A DNA stretch of 64,000 nt, from IMG/VR virus record IMGVR_UViG_3300027921_000016, positions 33,849-97,848 of that record; one strand, given 5' to 3'. Position 1 is the stretch's first letter. Each line of letters opens with the position of its first letter. Source of the stretch: a virus. Made by a program: the position numbers and the translations under genes. Below, piece after piece: positions 45,698-55,617 of the stretch. A model generated the notes under the pieces. It was not told the origin of the DNA. It saw nothing but the letters and a program-made list of their open reading frames with translations, and did no database searches.

Positions 45698-48600
45698 GTT
45701 CGTAGCCCTTTAGGTACGCCATATCCAATCCAATCTTGGCATCGGCGGTAAACTTCAATTGAGGATTCCATCCCACCAAATGGAAAGGCAGGTTCTCCAT
45801 TATCTCCAATTGCTTGGGCAAGATGATGTCTACCTGATCCTCAGGGATATAGTTGTAGGCCGCGTCGTGAATTGCCCCAAAACAGGGGGAGACCTTGGAC
45901 AACCCCTGCTTGTGCTCTAGGGCGATAGTCCATATCAGCATGTCACTGAGAGTGCCTTGGATGGGAGAGTTGATAGCCTGCCGCTCGGCCCCACTTGCAA
46001 CCTCCCTATTGGGGGAAGTGATCAACGGCAGGTGGCGGATACGGCCAAGGGGGGACCGTACTTGGCCCTCTTTCTTGGCCATAGCCTTGTAAGAACTGTG
46101 GTACGTGAGCAGCCTTGGGTACGTGGCAAAAAACGCAGCATGAAAGGCCGTGGCTTCTTCCATAGTGAAGTACACCCCGTAGTTCTTAAAGGCGTAAATC
46201 TGGAAGCCCTCAGCCCCCATCCCGTACAGCAGACCAAAATTTCCGGGCTTGCCCTGCTGGCGGTACTTGGCGAACAACTCCGGGTCTGATACCTTGAGGG
46301 CCATCATCTCCTCGTATGTGAGGCCCGCAGCCTTGCCCCCGGTAATCACGTGCAGGTCCTTGCCGTCCTTATACGCCTGGAGCATCACCTGCTCATTGGC
46401 TACACAGGCAACGACCTTCAACTCCCCCTGGGAGTAGTCGCGCTCCACCACCAGATGCCCATCAGGGGCAATGTAGCAACGACGGATGCGCTTGGCCCAT
46501 TTCGTATGCTTGGGCACGGTGTTGTGCACCACCACCCCGTTAGCCACAAATGAGTGGCTGCCTTCGATGGTCAGGTCGAAGGTTTCACACTCCCCAGCAG
46601 GCACTACCGCTACTACTTTAATCTCTTGGAAGACATCCCGGTCCCAAGGGTCTCTTTCATCAAGGCTTGCTCCATCGGCATCCCCACGGATAACCGATAG
46701 TGCAACCGTCCCCGACTGATCCCGGCTTCTGACGCCCACTCGGCTTCGGTCTTGGTCTGCCCATTCCACGCGATCTTCTTGGAGTTCGTCTTGTTGCTCC
46801 CCTGTTGCTTGGGCGTAGCCCAAACACAGTTTCCCGGTTCGTAGTTGCTGTTCACGTCCAACCGCTCCACCGACATACCCTTGCAAGGCTTCTCCCCCAT
46901 GTCTTCCAGGAACTTGGAGAACTCCACCCACCGGGGGCACAACGTGATGCCACGACCCCCGTACCTCGGCCAATCCTTGCTGGTTGGACTGGTGCAACGA
47001 CTCTTCATGGCCACCCATGAGTGGTACGTTGGACTGGTGTACCCCTGCGTCCGATGTTGAACCCCTGTCCCTTTTAGCGGCATAACAAATATCCCCCGGT
47101 AAGAGTTGATCAGTACGAACCCACCCGCGAGAGGTCAGGTAGGGATGGTTCTCGGTACTGCCTACGATTATACCCGTTTCAAACGAAACGTCAAACACAG
47201 GTTGAACCCCATTGCGGTACACCCCAACAACCTCACGCCATGCTCCGGTATGCGTCAGTACCCTGTATGACTTGCCGCCCTCATACCCCATAACAATGGA
47301 CTCTATAGAAACGGCACCAGTATCGGTAAGCACCAAACTGCTGCCTCTCAAACACTGGAAGGTGGGCGCGTGGCAGGAGAGCCTACCGGTGTTGTGAGTT
47401 ACGATCCCACCAGTGACATGACTCTCATCAACCTCGACGGTAAGGCCATAAGTACGCACAGGAGTGGTGTCAAGTACAACCCGTACAACCTCAGACAAGG
47501 AGAATTTTGCCTCTTTCCCCCCGTAGTCTCTAGCCTCCCCTCGCTGTCCTGCCCGCACCGCGCGAATGAGCCTTTCACACACCCCAAACCTTTCAGACAA
47601 AGCCTTATTAGCCCACCCATGGTGGCGAGTAGCCACGGGCTGTGCCCGAATAAAATCAACAGCAGCTTGGCACAGTTTAGCCTGGGCACCGGTCCTACGA
47701 TTCATGGTCCCGTGGTTCACAGCGTCCTGCCGGTTACCCTTTGAAGTACCCCACCGTAGGTTACCCAACGTGTCATCCCAAGCAATGCCATTAAGATGGC
47801 GAATCTCGTCTCCTTTTCCTGGGACGTGGAACACCCTGGCCATAAGGCCGTGCACAGAGAAATCTTTTCGATCTTCCCCCCGAGATTGAGCGCCATTCCT
47901 GTACAAACAAACCTTCAAGTGCCCCCATTTTTCTTTAGGGTTCTGGGTAAGGAACTTACCCGTCTTGGTGTTGAATACCCGCCCCCAAGTACTCACCCTA
48001 AAGTCCTCCCAGTCGGGTACTACCTTCCACTCTTCTTTTCCACTGTGCACTACGATTGGGTCCCCAGGTTCAAGGTCTATAGCCTGCACCCAACAAACAC
48101 CACCTCCTACGAGGTACTTATGGTTCGGGGTTGTTCTTAGCTCCAACCCATTCGCTAAAGTGACGGTGACAATGGGCTGTACCCCGTTATCAACCGTAGC
48201 GGTAACCCGTCGAATCCTTCCGGTATGGGAAATAACTTGGTCGCCTACCTGAACACTCTCAACCGGTAGATACCCTCGATCAGTTAGCACCAACTCCCCG
48301 GCGGGCATACAGTTGGTTCCCCCTTCTCCTTCATCCTTGTTCCCGGCAAAGAACCAGTAACTTGGGTGCATGCGCCCATCCGAGCGTATGTGCTTCATGA
48401 ACCCCACCACGTAAGTACTCAGGGTCTTCGTGGCACTAGCATAGTCCTTGATCACGTTAATGAAGGCCTTGGCCTCCGGCACGTCCTCGAACTGTAGCAG
48501 GTGGTCCAAGCCTGTACTAGGGGCCTTGGTCCTCTCCGTAAACACCTTTGGTTTCAAGTTCAACCCCATGGGGCTGAACATGTAGTCGGTGATCATGCTG

Positions 48601-50552
48601 GCTTTGGTGAGGTTCAACCCGCCTAATTTGTCCGGGTCATAGTGCTTGGCCACCACCCGCCCACCGAGTACCCCCTTGGCCTGTGCAATCAATTGCAGGA
48701 TTTCAGTATTGAGATCGGCCTCCAACTCCAAAAGCCGTTCCCTGGAAACTAGGACTCCACCTTGCTCTACGGACTCAAACGCTCTGGCAGCCGGGTGCAT
48801 GATGTTCACGTAGAAACTGGTGAGCTGCCTGTCCTTGAGCAACTCCTGTTTCATTACATCCGCCACCTGCAAGGTAGCGTCGGAGTCCCCTCCCGCGTAG
48901 GACAGCAGCTTCTCAGGGGGGACGAGATCAATCCGTGACTTGTCTACTGTACGGTCAAATTCATCGCTGTTATGGCTGGCTAAGCCTTCGGCAATAAAAG
49001 TTGACGTGGAAGTTTTAATACTGACCACCTCCTGCACCCCAACAGGGGTTGCAGACACTACAAAATCATGAGTGTACTCCTGTGGGAGTGTGCACCCCCA
49101 CCAGTCCCCGTGATCAAGTAATCTGATAGGCCGGTACTTCTGGAGCACTAGCAAACCGCCGTAAGAACCCCTACAGGTTACATTATGACAACTCTTTCCG
49201 GCAGTTATATGCAAGGTAAAATCGTTTCCGGCTATAGACAGCGCCCTGTCCAAGACTAACCCCGGCTTCTGTGCAAATCCTAACCTGAATGAGTTTGAAT
49301 GGGCCGCCTTAGTGGTCCACCCCTCCCCGTCCAGCACCCCACTAAACCACCCGGAATCAAAATCGTCACCAGGAGGTATAACCTCGGTGACTCTTTTTAT
49401 TCTCTTACCCACCAACAACGGGTCCTCTGTCCTCATCCACCGAAGATTGCCTCCCTTCTCCCCCATGTTGACTAACCACATGTGATTGGCACTAACCCGC
49501 ATTTTAGTACCAGAAGACATCACTATGTCGTAACAAAGCAAGTTCAGTCTCTGCACTGACAATACCGCAGATTTCTTAATTACCCTCCTGCCTGTACTAG
49601 GGGAATGCTCATCAAAACCAACCAGGGTATCTCCCACCTTAACGCCGCTGGCCTTAGACCAGGATAGGTCCCCCATCCACAATCTTGTGTCGGGGGCCAC
49701 ACAGTAGCCCGCTAAGGAAGGTACATACACCTTGGCGTGCACGTCCAGGCCATTACTCCGGTTCTCGTCAAGAAGGGAACCCACCAACGTGGTGTCGAAC
49801 ACAAAGTTCGTACACACCAATCCCCCACGCACCCACAGCCAGTGAAGATCGTACTTCAGGTTGGCGCCCTTCATCTTCACCTTGGGGGTGGTGAGTATCC
49901 AGGCCAAATCAGCTACATGAAGGAGAGAAGAAAACCACGCCTCTTCTCTACCCCGGTTCTGAAACCGCAAAACTGCGGACTCCCCTTTTACAACCGACAT
50001 CTGAATGCTCACGACATAGGCTCCAGGATGGGTCAGGGTTGGTTTGAGGTACGGGTCGAGCCCTACGGTCTCTAAGTCCAGGGCCACATCAACCTGGGTT
50101 TGAGTGCCCTCGTACTGATCCTCGATGAACTTCCGTAGGGTATCGAACGAGTGCACATACTCGTACTTCCCATACACCGGGGCCATACTTCCTGTTTCGT
50201 GATACCTGAGGGCCATGCTAGTGTCGCACTGCAAATCCACATAATGTGCGTAGTCCACCACCTGAACGCCGGGGCTGTAGCTCACCAAGGCCCTCATCTT
50301 GGTCAGAGGCAGGGAGATTGGTTGATTGCGCAACCCCGTTACCTTCCTGCCTTTTGGAACGAGCTTCTCCTGCGCCAGCGCCTCCAGGGGCTCCTGCCCT
50401 AGACAAAACAAAACCCCTTCCAGCCCTTGCAGGCTTGGGAAGGAGCTGAAATCGTTGAGTACCTTTATCGGTATGTGCGGGTAGGCCTTAAATTGCACCC
50501 CCAGAGACTTCTGGAGTTTTGGTTGATCCATCTTTGTCCAGATCAGAAACAT
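45690..50552 (-). CDS. polA: Family A DNA polymerase (UDG-like N-terminus, 3'-5' exonuclease) with three inteins
   Basis: LDLET exo I, NLKYD, TGRLS, DYSQGEL motif A, K..NFGLLYG motif B, IHDA motif C. Confidence 0.95.
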   Translation of the reverse strand: MFLIWTKMDQPKLQKSLGVQFKAYPHIPIKVLNDFSSFPSLQGLEGVLFCLGQEPLEALAQEKLVPKGRKVTGLRNQPISLPLTKMRALVSYSPGVQVVDYAHYVDLQCDTSMALRYHETGSMAPVYGKYEYVHSFDTLRKFIEDQYEGTQTQVDVALDLETVGLDPYLKPTLTHPGAYVVSIQMSVVKGESAVLRFQNRGREEAWFSSLLHVADLAWILTTPKVKMKGANLKYDLHWLWVRGGLVCTNFVFDTTLVGSLLDENRSNGLDVHAKVYVPSLAGYCVAPDTRLWMGDLSWSKASGVKVGDTLVGFDEHSPSTGRRVIKKSAVLSVQRLNLLCYDIVMSSGTKMRVSANHMWLVNMGEKGGNLRWMRTEDPLLVGKRIKRVTEVIPPGDDFDSGWFSGVLDGEGWTTKAAHSNSFRLGFAQKPGLVLDRALSIAGNDFTLHITAGKSCHNVTCRGSYGGLLVLQKYRPIRLLDHGDWWGCTLPQEYTHDFVVSATPVGVQEVVSIKTSTSTFIAEGLASHNSDEFDRTVDKSRIDLVPPEKLLSYAGGDSDATLQVADVMKQELLKDRQLTSFYVNIMHPAARAFESVEQGGVLVSRERLLELEADLNTEILQLIAQAKGVLGGRVVAKHYDPDKLGGLNLTKASMITDYMFSPMGLNLKPKVFTERTKAPSTGLDHLLQFEDVPEAKAFINVIKDYASATKTLSTYVVGFMKHIRSDGRMHPSYWFFAGNKDEGEGGTNCMPAGELVLTDRGYLPVESVQVGDQVISHTGRIRRVTATVDNGVQPIVTVTLANGLELRTTPNHKYLVGGGVCWVQAIDLEPGDPIVVHSGKEEWKVVPDWEDFRVSTWGRVFNTKTGKFLTQNPKEKWGHLKVCLYRNGAQSRGEDRKDFSVHGLMARVFHVPGKGDEIRHLNGIAWDDTLGNLRWGTSKGNRQDAVNHGTMNRRTGAQAKLCQAAVDFIRAQPVATRHHGWANKALSERFGVCERLIRAVRAGQRGEARDYGGKEAKFSLSEVVRVVLDTTPVRTYGLTVEVDESHVTGGIVTHNTGRLSCHAPTFQCLRGSSLVLTDTGAVSIESIVMGYEGGKSYRVLTHTGAWREVVGVYRNGVQPVFDVSFETGIIVGSTENHPYLTSRGWVRTDQLLPGDICYAAKRDRGSTSDAGVHQSNVPLMGGHEESLHQSNQQGLAEVRGSWHHVVPPVGGVLQVPGRHGGEALQGYVGGAVGREQQLRTGKLCLGYAQATGEQQDELQEDRVEWADQDRSRVGVRSRDQSGTVALSVIRGDADGASLDERDPWDRDVFQEIKVVAVVPAGECETFDLTIEGSHSFVANGVVVHNTVPKHTKWAKRIRRCYIAPDGHLVVERDYSQGELKVVACVANEQVMLQAYKDGKDLHVITGGKAAGLTYEEMMALKVSDPELFAKYRQQGKPGNFGLLYGMGAEGFQIYAFKNYGVYFTMEEATAFHAAFFATYPRLLTYHSSYKAMAKKEGQVRSPLGRIRHLPLITSPNREVASGAERQAINSPIQGTLSDMLIWTIALEHKQGLSKVSPCFGAIHDAAYNYIPEDQVDIILPKQLEIMENLPFHLVGWNPQLKFTADAKIGLDMAYLKGYERV
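46521..47354 (-). mobile_element. Polymerase intein 3 (278 aa)
   Basis: CLRGSSLV...TENHP...FDLTIEGSHSFVANGVVVHN/T. Confidence 0.9.
46613..47083 (-). CDS. HNH-type endonuclease nested out-of-frame in intein 3
   Basis: YHSWVAMKSRC...YGGRGI...ERLDVNSNYEPGNCVWAT. Confidence 0.8.
   Translation of the reverse strand: MPLKGTGVQHRTQGYTSPTYHSWVAMKSRCTSPTSKDWPRYGGRGITLCPRWVEFSKFLEDMGEKPCKGMSVERLDVNSNYEPGNCVWATPKQQGSNKTNSKKIAWNGQTKTEAEWASEAGISRGRLHYRLSVGMPMEQALMKETLGTGMSSKRLK
47391..48311 (-). mobile_element. Polymerase intein 2 (307 aa) with NUMOD4/HNH endonuclease
   Basis: CMPAGELV...EEWKVVP...VSTWGRV...HLNG...NLRWGT...VTHN/T. Confidence 0.9.
48969..49703 (-). mobile_element. Polymerase intein 1 (245 aa) with single LAGLIDADG motif
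   Basis: CVAPDTRL...FSGVLDGEG...FIAEGLASHN/S. Confidence 0.9.
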
Positions 50553-50937
50553 TTACGGCTCTCCAGGTTTTGCCCTCGTACAGGTACGCACTTACGGTAA
50601 CTGGGCGAATGCGTTTGATGAAATCCTCGGCCTTGCCAGTGCCAACGGTCGCCACATCCTGGGCACGGAGCCCGAGCTTGGAGCCGTCAAACACGTACAT
50701 CAGCATACCTTTCTGACTGGAAGTCAGGTACAGCCAGATGCCGCCCTTCACGCGAACCACGAACGTGGCCACGGTAGGGGACAGAACATCTGAGCACACA
50801 ACCACCTCGGCGTTGATCTTCCAGGGACCCAACTTGAGGTTTTTGGTGGCGGCACCCCTCCAGCGATTGTCCACCAAATTCAGAGGGAGGCCAAGGGTGT
50901 CGGCGACATAACAGATAAGACTGTCAGGGGAACTCAT
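50488..50937 (-). CDS. Hypothetical protein
   Basis: GGAGG RBS, coupled. Confidence 0.7.
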   Translation of the reverse strand: MSSPDSLICYVADTLGLPLNLVDNRWRGAATKNLKLGPWKINAEVVVCSDVLSPTVATFVVRVKGGIWLYLTSSQKGMLMYVFDGSKLGLRAQDVATVGTGKAEDFIKRIRPVTVSAYLYEGKTWRAVNVSDLDKDGSTKTPEVSGGAI

Positions 50938-51182
50938 AGGGCCTCCAAAATCAGGGAATCCCCGTGTACTTCGGCCACCACAGACCCAAAGGGGATTTCA
51001 TACCAGAACAGGTCGAATTGCCAGAACCGATCATCTTCACGCTCAGAGCAGCGGGCAATGGTTTCGCCAGACAACGTGGGGATGGGCGAGGGCAGCAGGC
51101 CCTCGATGACCTGCCCGATCTTCACGTCCTTGAAGAGCGTGAGCAGGCGCTTCGCCTCATTGGATGTCAGCTTGTAGCTCAT
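50934..51182 (-). CDS. Hypothetical protein
   Basis: GGAGG RBS, ATGA overlap. Confidence 0.7.
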   Translation of the reverse strand: MSYKLTSNEAKRLLTLFKDVKIGQVIEGLLPSPIPTLSGETIARCSEREDDRFWQFDLFWYEIPFGSVVAEVHGDSLILEAL

Positions 51183-51799
51183 ACCGGTACCTCCGTAAGA
51201 ATCCCCCATGCCCGCTCAATCAAAAAATCCAAGTACAGCTTCTTCCCCTTACTAGCGTTACAGGGCCTGCAAAGGACTTGCATGTTCCAGTCGTGATGCA
51301 CCCCTCCCAAAGCCAAGGGCAATATGTGATCCAACTCCCCTGGAAAAACATCACAACCACAACACTTACACTCCCCACCTTGGGCAAGCAGTACCTTGAC
51401 CTTCAATCCAGGGCTTAGGCCCACCCCTACTACCTGCTCCCTACCGCTTCGCACCACTCGGTAGGTCTGTATCTTTTCGGGGTTAGATTGCCTCCATCCC
51501 TCTATGGCCTCTTTTACCTTATCAGGGTTAGCCCTCTTCCATTCAAGATTAGCCGCTCTAGTACGCTCAGGATTATTGCCTTTGTACTTTTTAGTTTTAT
51601 TACGAAAGTGCTCTGGATTCTCACTATACACCCCCCTGGCATTCTCCCGTATAGCCGCCTTATTGCACTGTGCGTACTCTGCCTGTACGTCTGCAACCCT
51701 CTCGGAGTTTTTTATCCTCCACAACATCATGTAGTGCTTCTTACAGACGGGGCACTGGCGTAAAGAGAAAGTACTCCCGCACTTTTTACATACTGTCAT
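51179..51799 (-). CDS. HNH homing endonuclease
   Basis: CKCCG...ELDHILPLALGG.H...NMQVLCRPCNASKG; flanked by 16-bp direct repeat. Confidence 0.9.
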   Translation of the reverse strand: MTVCKKCGSTFSLRQCPVCKKHYMMLWRIKNSERVADVQAEYAQCNKAAIRENARGVYSENPEHFRNKTKKYKGNNPERTRAANLEWKRANPDKVKEAIEGWRQSNPEKIQTYRVVRSGREQVVGVGLSPGLKVKVLLAQGGECKCCGCDVFPGELDHILPLALGGVHHDWNMQVLCRPCNASKGKKLYLDFLIERAWGILTEVPV

Positions 51800-52620
51800 A
51801 CCGGTACCTCCTCGCCAACCGGGAGAACCCGGTCGAACTTAATACCCATGCCGTAGATGAAGGCCCCGAGAACCCTGCGCGGCGGGATGCTCTGGGTGTC
51901 CATGTGAATGCTACCGTACCCACTCGGGCCGTGCCAGGCCATCCCACTGGCCTTGATCGCAGCCACCTCGCTAGGGGTTGGGCCTTTGACCTCCACCCGA
52001 AGGGAAAGATTGCTGCCTTGCAGGCGACTGGCCAACTTAACCCTGTCGTTCAAGGCCACTGCCACGTACACGCTACCGGAGCTGGTTCCGTGCACTTTCT
52101 GTCCAACGGCTTCTGCATCAACCAGACCAATGACCTCAGGCTTGATCTTCGGAGCCGGGGTGCCAGTGGCCGACACTGCCTCGCTATCGTCAAGACTAAC
52201 CCCCCCCGGAGCCTTGATGGCATCCTTAAGGCCCTGCTTGAAGGACTTCTTGGGGGGCTTCTTCAACTCAGGCTCATACCCCACAACAGGTTCTTTTTCC
52301 GTAACGGTAGTGGGGGGCGTGGCAGAGTTACCCCCAAGGAGCACCAACAGCTTAGCAAGGAAGCCTTTGATCATGGACAGGGCCATGTCACTTTGGCTAG
52401 AGGCCACACCCTTCATCAGGGTAGTAGTTCCGATAGGCAGGCTCAGCTTCCATTCCGAGCCTTTCGACACAGTTGCAAAAAGCGTGTACGGGGCTACATC
52501 AAAAACAACCCCCAAGCCTTCCAACTGCGATACCACCGCCAGCATTTCGACATTGCCAGCGTACAGAGTCTCAAAGAATCCAAGGTCTTTCGCATCCTTG
52601 GTACTGAACGTAACACCCAT
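51796..52620 (-). CDS. Hypothetical early protein
   Basis: Own promoter and CAATGGAGTG leader. Confidence 0.75.
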   Translation of the reverse strand: MGVTFSTKDAKDLGFFETLYAGNVEMLAVVSQLEGLGVVFDVAPYTLFATVSKGSEWKLSLPIGTTTLMKGVASSQSDMALSMIKGFLAKLLVLLGGNSATPPTTVTEKEPVVGYEPELKKPPKKSFKQGLKDAIKAPGGVSLDDSEAVSATGTPAPKIKPEVIGLVDAEAVGQKVHGTSSGSVYVAVALNDRVKLASRLQGSNLSLRVEVKGPTPSEVAAIKASGMAWHGPSGYGSIHMDTQSIPPRRVLGAFIYGMGIKFDRVLPVGEEVPV

Positions 52621-52654
52621 GTTTCACTCCATTGAGTAGGGGGATGGCAGCCTT

Positions 52655-52682
52655 ACTTTATCACAATCGGGCAGTTTGTCAA
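52655..52682 (-). promoter_or_regulatory. Sigma70-type early promoter
   Basis: TTGACA-16-TAAAGT. Confidence 0.75.
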
Positions 52683-52689
52683 GAGTTTT

Positions 52690-53403
52690 CTACCAGATAC
52701 ACCGGCTACTCGCTACCGGGGCGATGGTCCTCTTGCTCGTGGCAAACCGGAGTGGGTCTCCGGGGGACGCCTTATTGCTTCCCTCATAAAAAGGCGGGAT
52801 CTTCTGTCCGCCACCTTGGCGCTTGTAGGAGTAGTCGCCGATAAACGAGAGATTCCGGCCCTCTTTGTACCCTTGCACTTCAACAATCCCGAAATGCTTG
52901 GCCAGGAACCGCACCTGGGTCTCGGACTCCACAACCCGGTCACAGTAGTGCTTCCGCACGTAACTGATGGCGTCCAGGTTCCCAGTGAACTGGGCGGTCA
53001 CTGCCGCCAAGAAGGTGCCGGTTCTCCCATGGCCGCCAATGCACCCTGCATGAATCTTCTTGCCTTCCTGCAATTGATTGCAGACCCAGGTGATCATGTT
53101 CTTGAAGTCCTGGACATCGTGCGGGGCGCTCATGTCCGTGATAGCAAAAAGGAACTCGATCACCTTAGGCTCAGACTGATCCCAGGGGTATGCAGAATGG
53201 TGGAAGTGCATACTATGCCGGTCGAAACCAATATAGATGTCAGCGTCCTTGACTACAGGGGTACTGCAACTCCCGCCGTAGAGGAAGTACTCTTTGGGAC
53301 CCCGCACCAGTTTCAGAGGGGGATGGGTGTGATAGCAGGACTTCTCCTTACTCCCCATGTGCCAAGGTGCACCCAGATGATCGTTGTCGAATTCGCGTGC
53401 CAT
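52690..53403 (-). CDS. Cys-based protein/dual-specificity phosphatase
   Basis: ITDMSAP general acid; HAGCIGGHGRTG CX5R loop; ESETQ Q-loop. Confidence 0.85.
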   Translation of the reverse strand: MAREFDNDHLGAPWHMGSKEKSCYHTHPPLKLVRGPKEYFLYGGSCSTPVVKDADIYIGFDRHSMHFHHSAYPWDQSEPKVIEFLFAITDMSAPHDVQDFKNMITWVCNQLQEGKKIHAGCIGGHGRTGTFLAAVTAQFTGNLDAISYVRKHYCDRVVESETQVRFLAKHFGIVEVQGYKEGRNLSFIGDYSYKRQGGGQKIPPFYEGSNKASPGDPLRFATSKRTIAPVASSRCIW

Positions 53404-53411
53404 AAGGCCTC

Positions 53412-54428
53412 CTACGCCACTTTCCGTTGATAAACAGGAACTGCTATTCCTGGCATTACCGTGAAGTCCCCCACAGTCGTAGCGGGCTTGCCCATGTAGA
53501 CCACGGACTTGGGTACCTTCTTCTTCTTCTGCTCTTCGATCTCATAATAGTAATTGCCGAGAGCCCCAAGACTCTGTACCTTGACCCAATCCACGTACTC
53601 CCCGAACACGCTAGGAAGGGCCTTCTGGGTTTCCACGATGACCGCCCTAACCATATCCGACACGTACTCGCTAGGGATGGCTCCGTACAAAATCCCCTCG
53701 GGGACCTGCCCTCCTCGTTGTAGGTCAAGAATCTTCTTGAAGTTTGACGAGTAGTTGTCATACATCATGCCCTTGTTAAACATCGGGCCGTTGTTGTGGG
53801 CCAACGTGTATGCGGTGTCCACCAGCATTTCCAAGGACGTGTGGCCTTGCACGAAAGACAGCAGTGTCTCCGCTATCTGCCCCCAGGGCTTCCCACCGTA
53901 CCCCCCACTCCACTTGCCTTCGTTGAATACTAGGGCGAGGACACCAACGTACTGCCCGATAGACACCTCAGGGGGGGTGTTCATATAGAACTCCACCGCC
54001 TTACCCTCGCTGAGGCCGCGCAGAGTATCCACACACTCTACCATCTTGGCACCCCCCAGATTGGTGATCTTGTGGGACAGCGCACTGGAAATGGCGTGCG
54101 AATGACGAAACTCTCTGGTGGTAATCGACACGATGTAATGGGTCAACCTCACCGCCTGCTGCTCTAGTGTATGGATGTACTCGGACACCACATTTTCTGC
54201 CCAGAGGGGCAGGGGTTCGTTGTCTGTGAACCGTTCCCGCACCAGAGACAAGCAATGGTTGAGGGCATAGAAGGATAATGCCTCCCTGTCCGGGTGGGCC
54301 AGACCGCAATACATACGGAAGGCCTTGGTACTACCCGCCATGACGGGGAGTGGAAGGTGGTCCACCTTGAACTTCTGCGTAGCACTTATGGCCTTGTAGG
54401 CCGCTACGGTGTTTTTAGGCAGGTACAT
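53412..54428 (-). CDS. Phage hypothetical protein
   Basis: 338 aa; GYGGKPW and AHNNGPMFNKG look like conserved motifs; own promoter. Confidence 0.75.
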   Translation of the reverse strand: MYLPKNTVAAYKAISATQKFKVDHLPLPVMAGSTKAFRMYCGLAHPDREALSFYALNHCLSLVRERFTDNEPLPLWAENVVSEYIHTLEQQAVRLTHYIVSITTREFRHSHAISSALSHKITNLGGAKMVECVDTLRGLSEGKAVEFYMNTPPEVSIGQYVGVLALVFNEGKWSGGYGGKPWGQIAETLLSFVQGHTSLEMLVDTAYTLAHNNGPMFNKGMMYDNYSSNFKKILDLQRGGQVPEGILYGAIPSEYVSDMVRAVIVETQKALPSVFGEYVDWVKVQSLGALGNYYYEIEEQKKKKVPKSVVYMGKPATTVGDFTVMPGIAVPVYQRKVA

Positions 54429-54459
54429 GTGTCACTCCATTGACCGAATCCATATCTTG

Positions 54460-54487
54460 ACTTTACCACAATCGAGCAGTTTGTCAA
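54460..54487 (-). promoter_or_regulatory. Sigma70-type early promoter
   Basis: TTGACA-16-TAAAGT. Confidence 0.75.
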
Positions 54488-54972
54488 GAGTTTTTCGTGA
54501 GCTTCTTGTGCATCCTCAGGATAGACAGGAGCTTCGCCATACACACCATCTGGGTGGCCCGGTGCGAGGGCTTGAACTTCGTAACGTACTCTTGCTGCTG
54601 CCGGGTTTCCACAGCATGCGGGAGGTAGTTCTTGCGGACGTAAGCCACAGGGTCCTTCACTCCAAAGGCCTTGACCAGGATAGCCAGGAATAGCCCTGTA
54701 CGCCCAATCCCACCCATGCAGCCCACATACACGGGAGAGTCGTCCATCAGATGCTCAATGGCATCCTCCAGCCCATTGTGGAGGTCCGTCAGCATCGGAA
54801 CGTCGAAGTCCCGTGTGGGGATGCCAACAGCAGACTCCAGATGGGCCAGCTCCTTGGCCATGTTGACACCCACCATGTGCTGCGGGCGGTTACGGTACGG
54901 ACCACCGTACACCTCGTAGTACTTGCCGAACAACAAAGGGATTTTGATACTTCCGTTCATCATGAACTCCAT
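54484..54972 (-). CDS. Second Cys-based phosphatase
   Basis: TRDFDVP; VGCMGGIGRTG; AVETRQQ. Confidence 0.85.
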   Translation of the reverse strand: MEFMMNGSIKIPLLFGKYYEVYGGPYRNRPQHMVGVNMAKELAHLESAVGIPTRDFDVPMLTDLHNGLEDAIEHLMDDSPVYVGCMGGIGRTGLFLAILVKAFGVKDPVAYVRKNYLPHAVETRQQQEYVTKFKPSHRATQMVCMAKLLSILRMHKKLTKNS

Positions 54973-54991
54973 TTCACGTTAGACAACTCTT

Positions 54992-55019
54992 ACTTTACCA
55001 CAAGTGAGCAGTTTGTCAA
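54992..55019 (-). promoter_or_regulatory. Sigma70-type early promoter
   Basis: TTGACA-16-TAAAGT. Confidence 0.75.
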
Positions 55020-55042
55020 GGATTTCCTGCAATTGATTGCAA

Positions 55043-55339
55043 CTACAACCAACGTAGTACCGTACCCCGATACCCACACTCATGGCACCCAAGGCCATCA
55101 CACCTTTCATGATCTTCCATCTGGAAGCCTTTGCCACTGTCTTTGCCTACGGTCAGGGCCTCCTGAGTGAACATGCGATTAACCTTTCCTTGTATGGAAT
55201 CAAACAACCAGTGGTGGTACCTGCGGTTGTGGCCCTCCCCTGTACACATGGCTGAGGACTCGACCATAATCTGGAGTTCATCAGGGGATATACCCTCGGC
55301 CTCTATGAGTCTCCCGACCTGTGAAGTGTAGTTAAGCAC
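55043..55339 (-). CDS. Hypothetical protein with C-terminal Cys cluster
   Basis: HERCDGLGCHECGYRG; GTG start overlapping upstream gene. Confidence 0.6.
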   Translation of the reverse strand: MLNYTSQVGRLIEAEGISPDELQIMVESSAMCTGEGHNRRYHHWLFDSIQGKVNRMFTQEALTVGKDSGKGFQMEDHERCDGLGCHECGYRGTVLRWL

Positions 55340-55604
55340 TTGCCTCACCCGGTATACGGTTGATCGAAATCTCTCGCGGGGCCTCGAACGCCAAGCGGTG
55401 CATGCCATGCGACTGCCCGTTATGCCCACCCACGAACACAAACACAGAGGGGAGCACCTCAGTGCGCTCCAGGTCTGTGAGGAGAAACTCCGGGCCTTTG
55501 CCCACCCTTGCGGTAATCGTACCGTGCCGGGTATCCACCACACTCAGGACACTAGCCCCGATTTGTATGCGGCTTCCAGGGGACACTCCAATAGAAAGGG
55601 TCAT
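55332..55604 (-). CDS. CsrA-like RNA-binding protein with insertion
   Basis: PGSRIQIG...RLAFEAPREISINR resembles CsrA termini. Confidence 0.6.
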   Translation of the reverse strand: MTLSIGVSPGSRIQIGASVLSVVDTRHGTITARVGKGPEFLLTDLERTEVLPSVFVFVGGHNGQSHGMHRLAFEAPREISINRIPGEASA

Positions 55605-55617
55605 CTTTCACTCCTTG

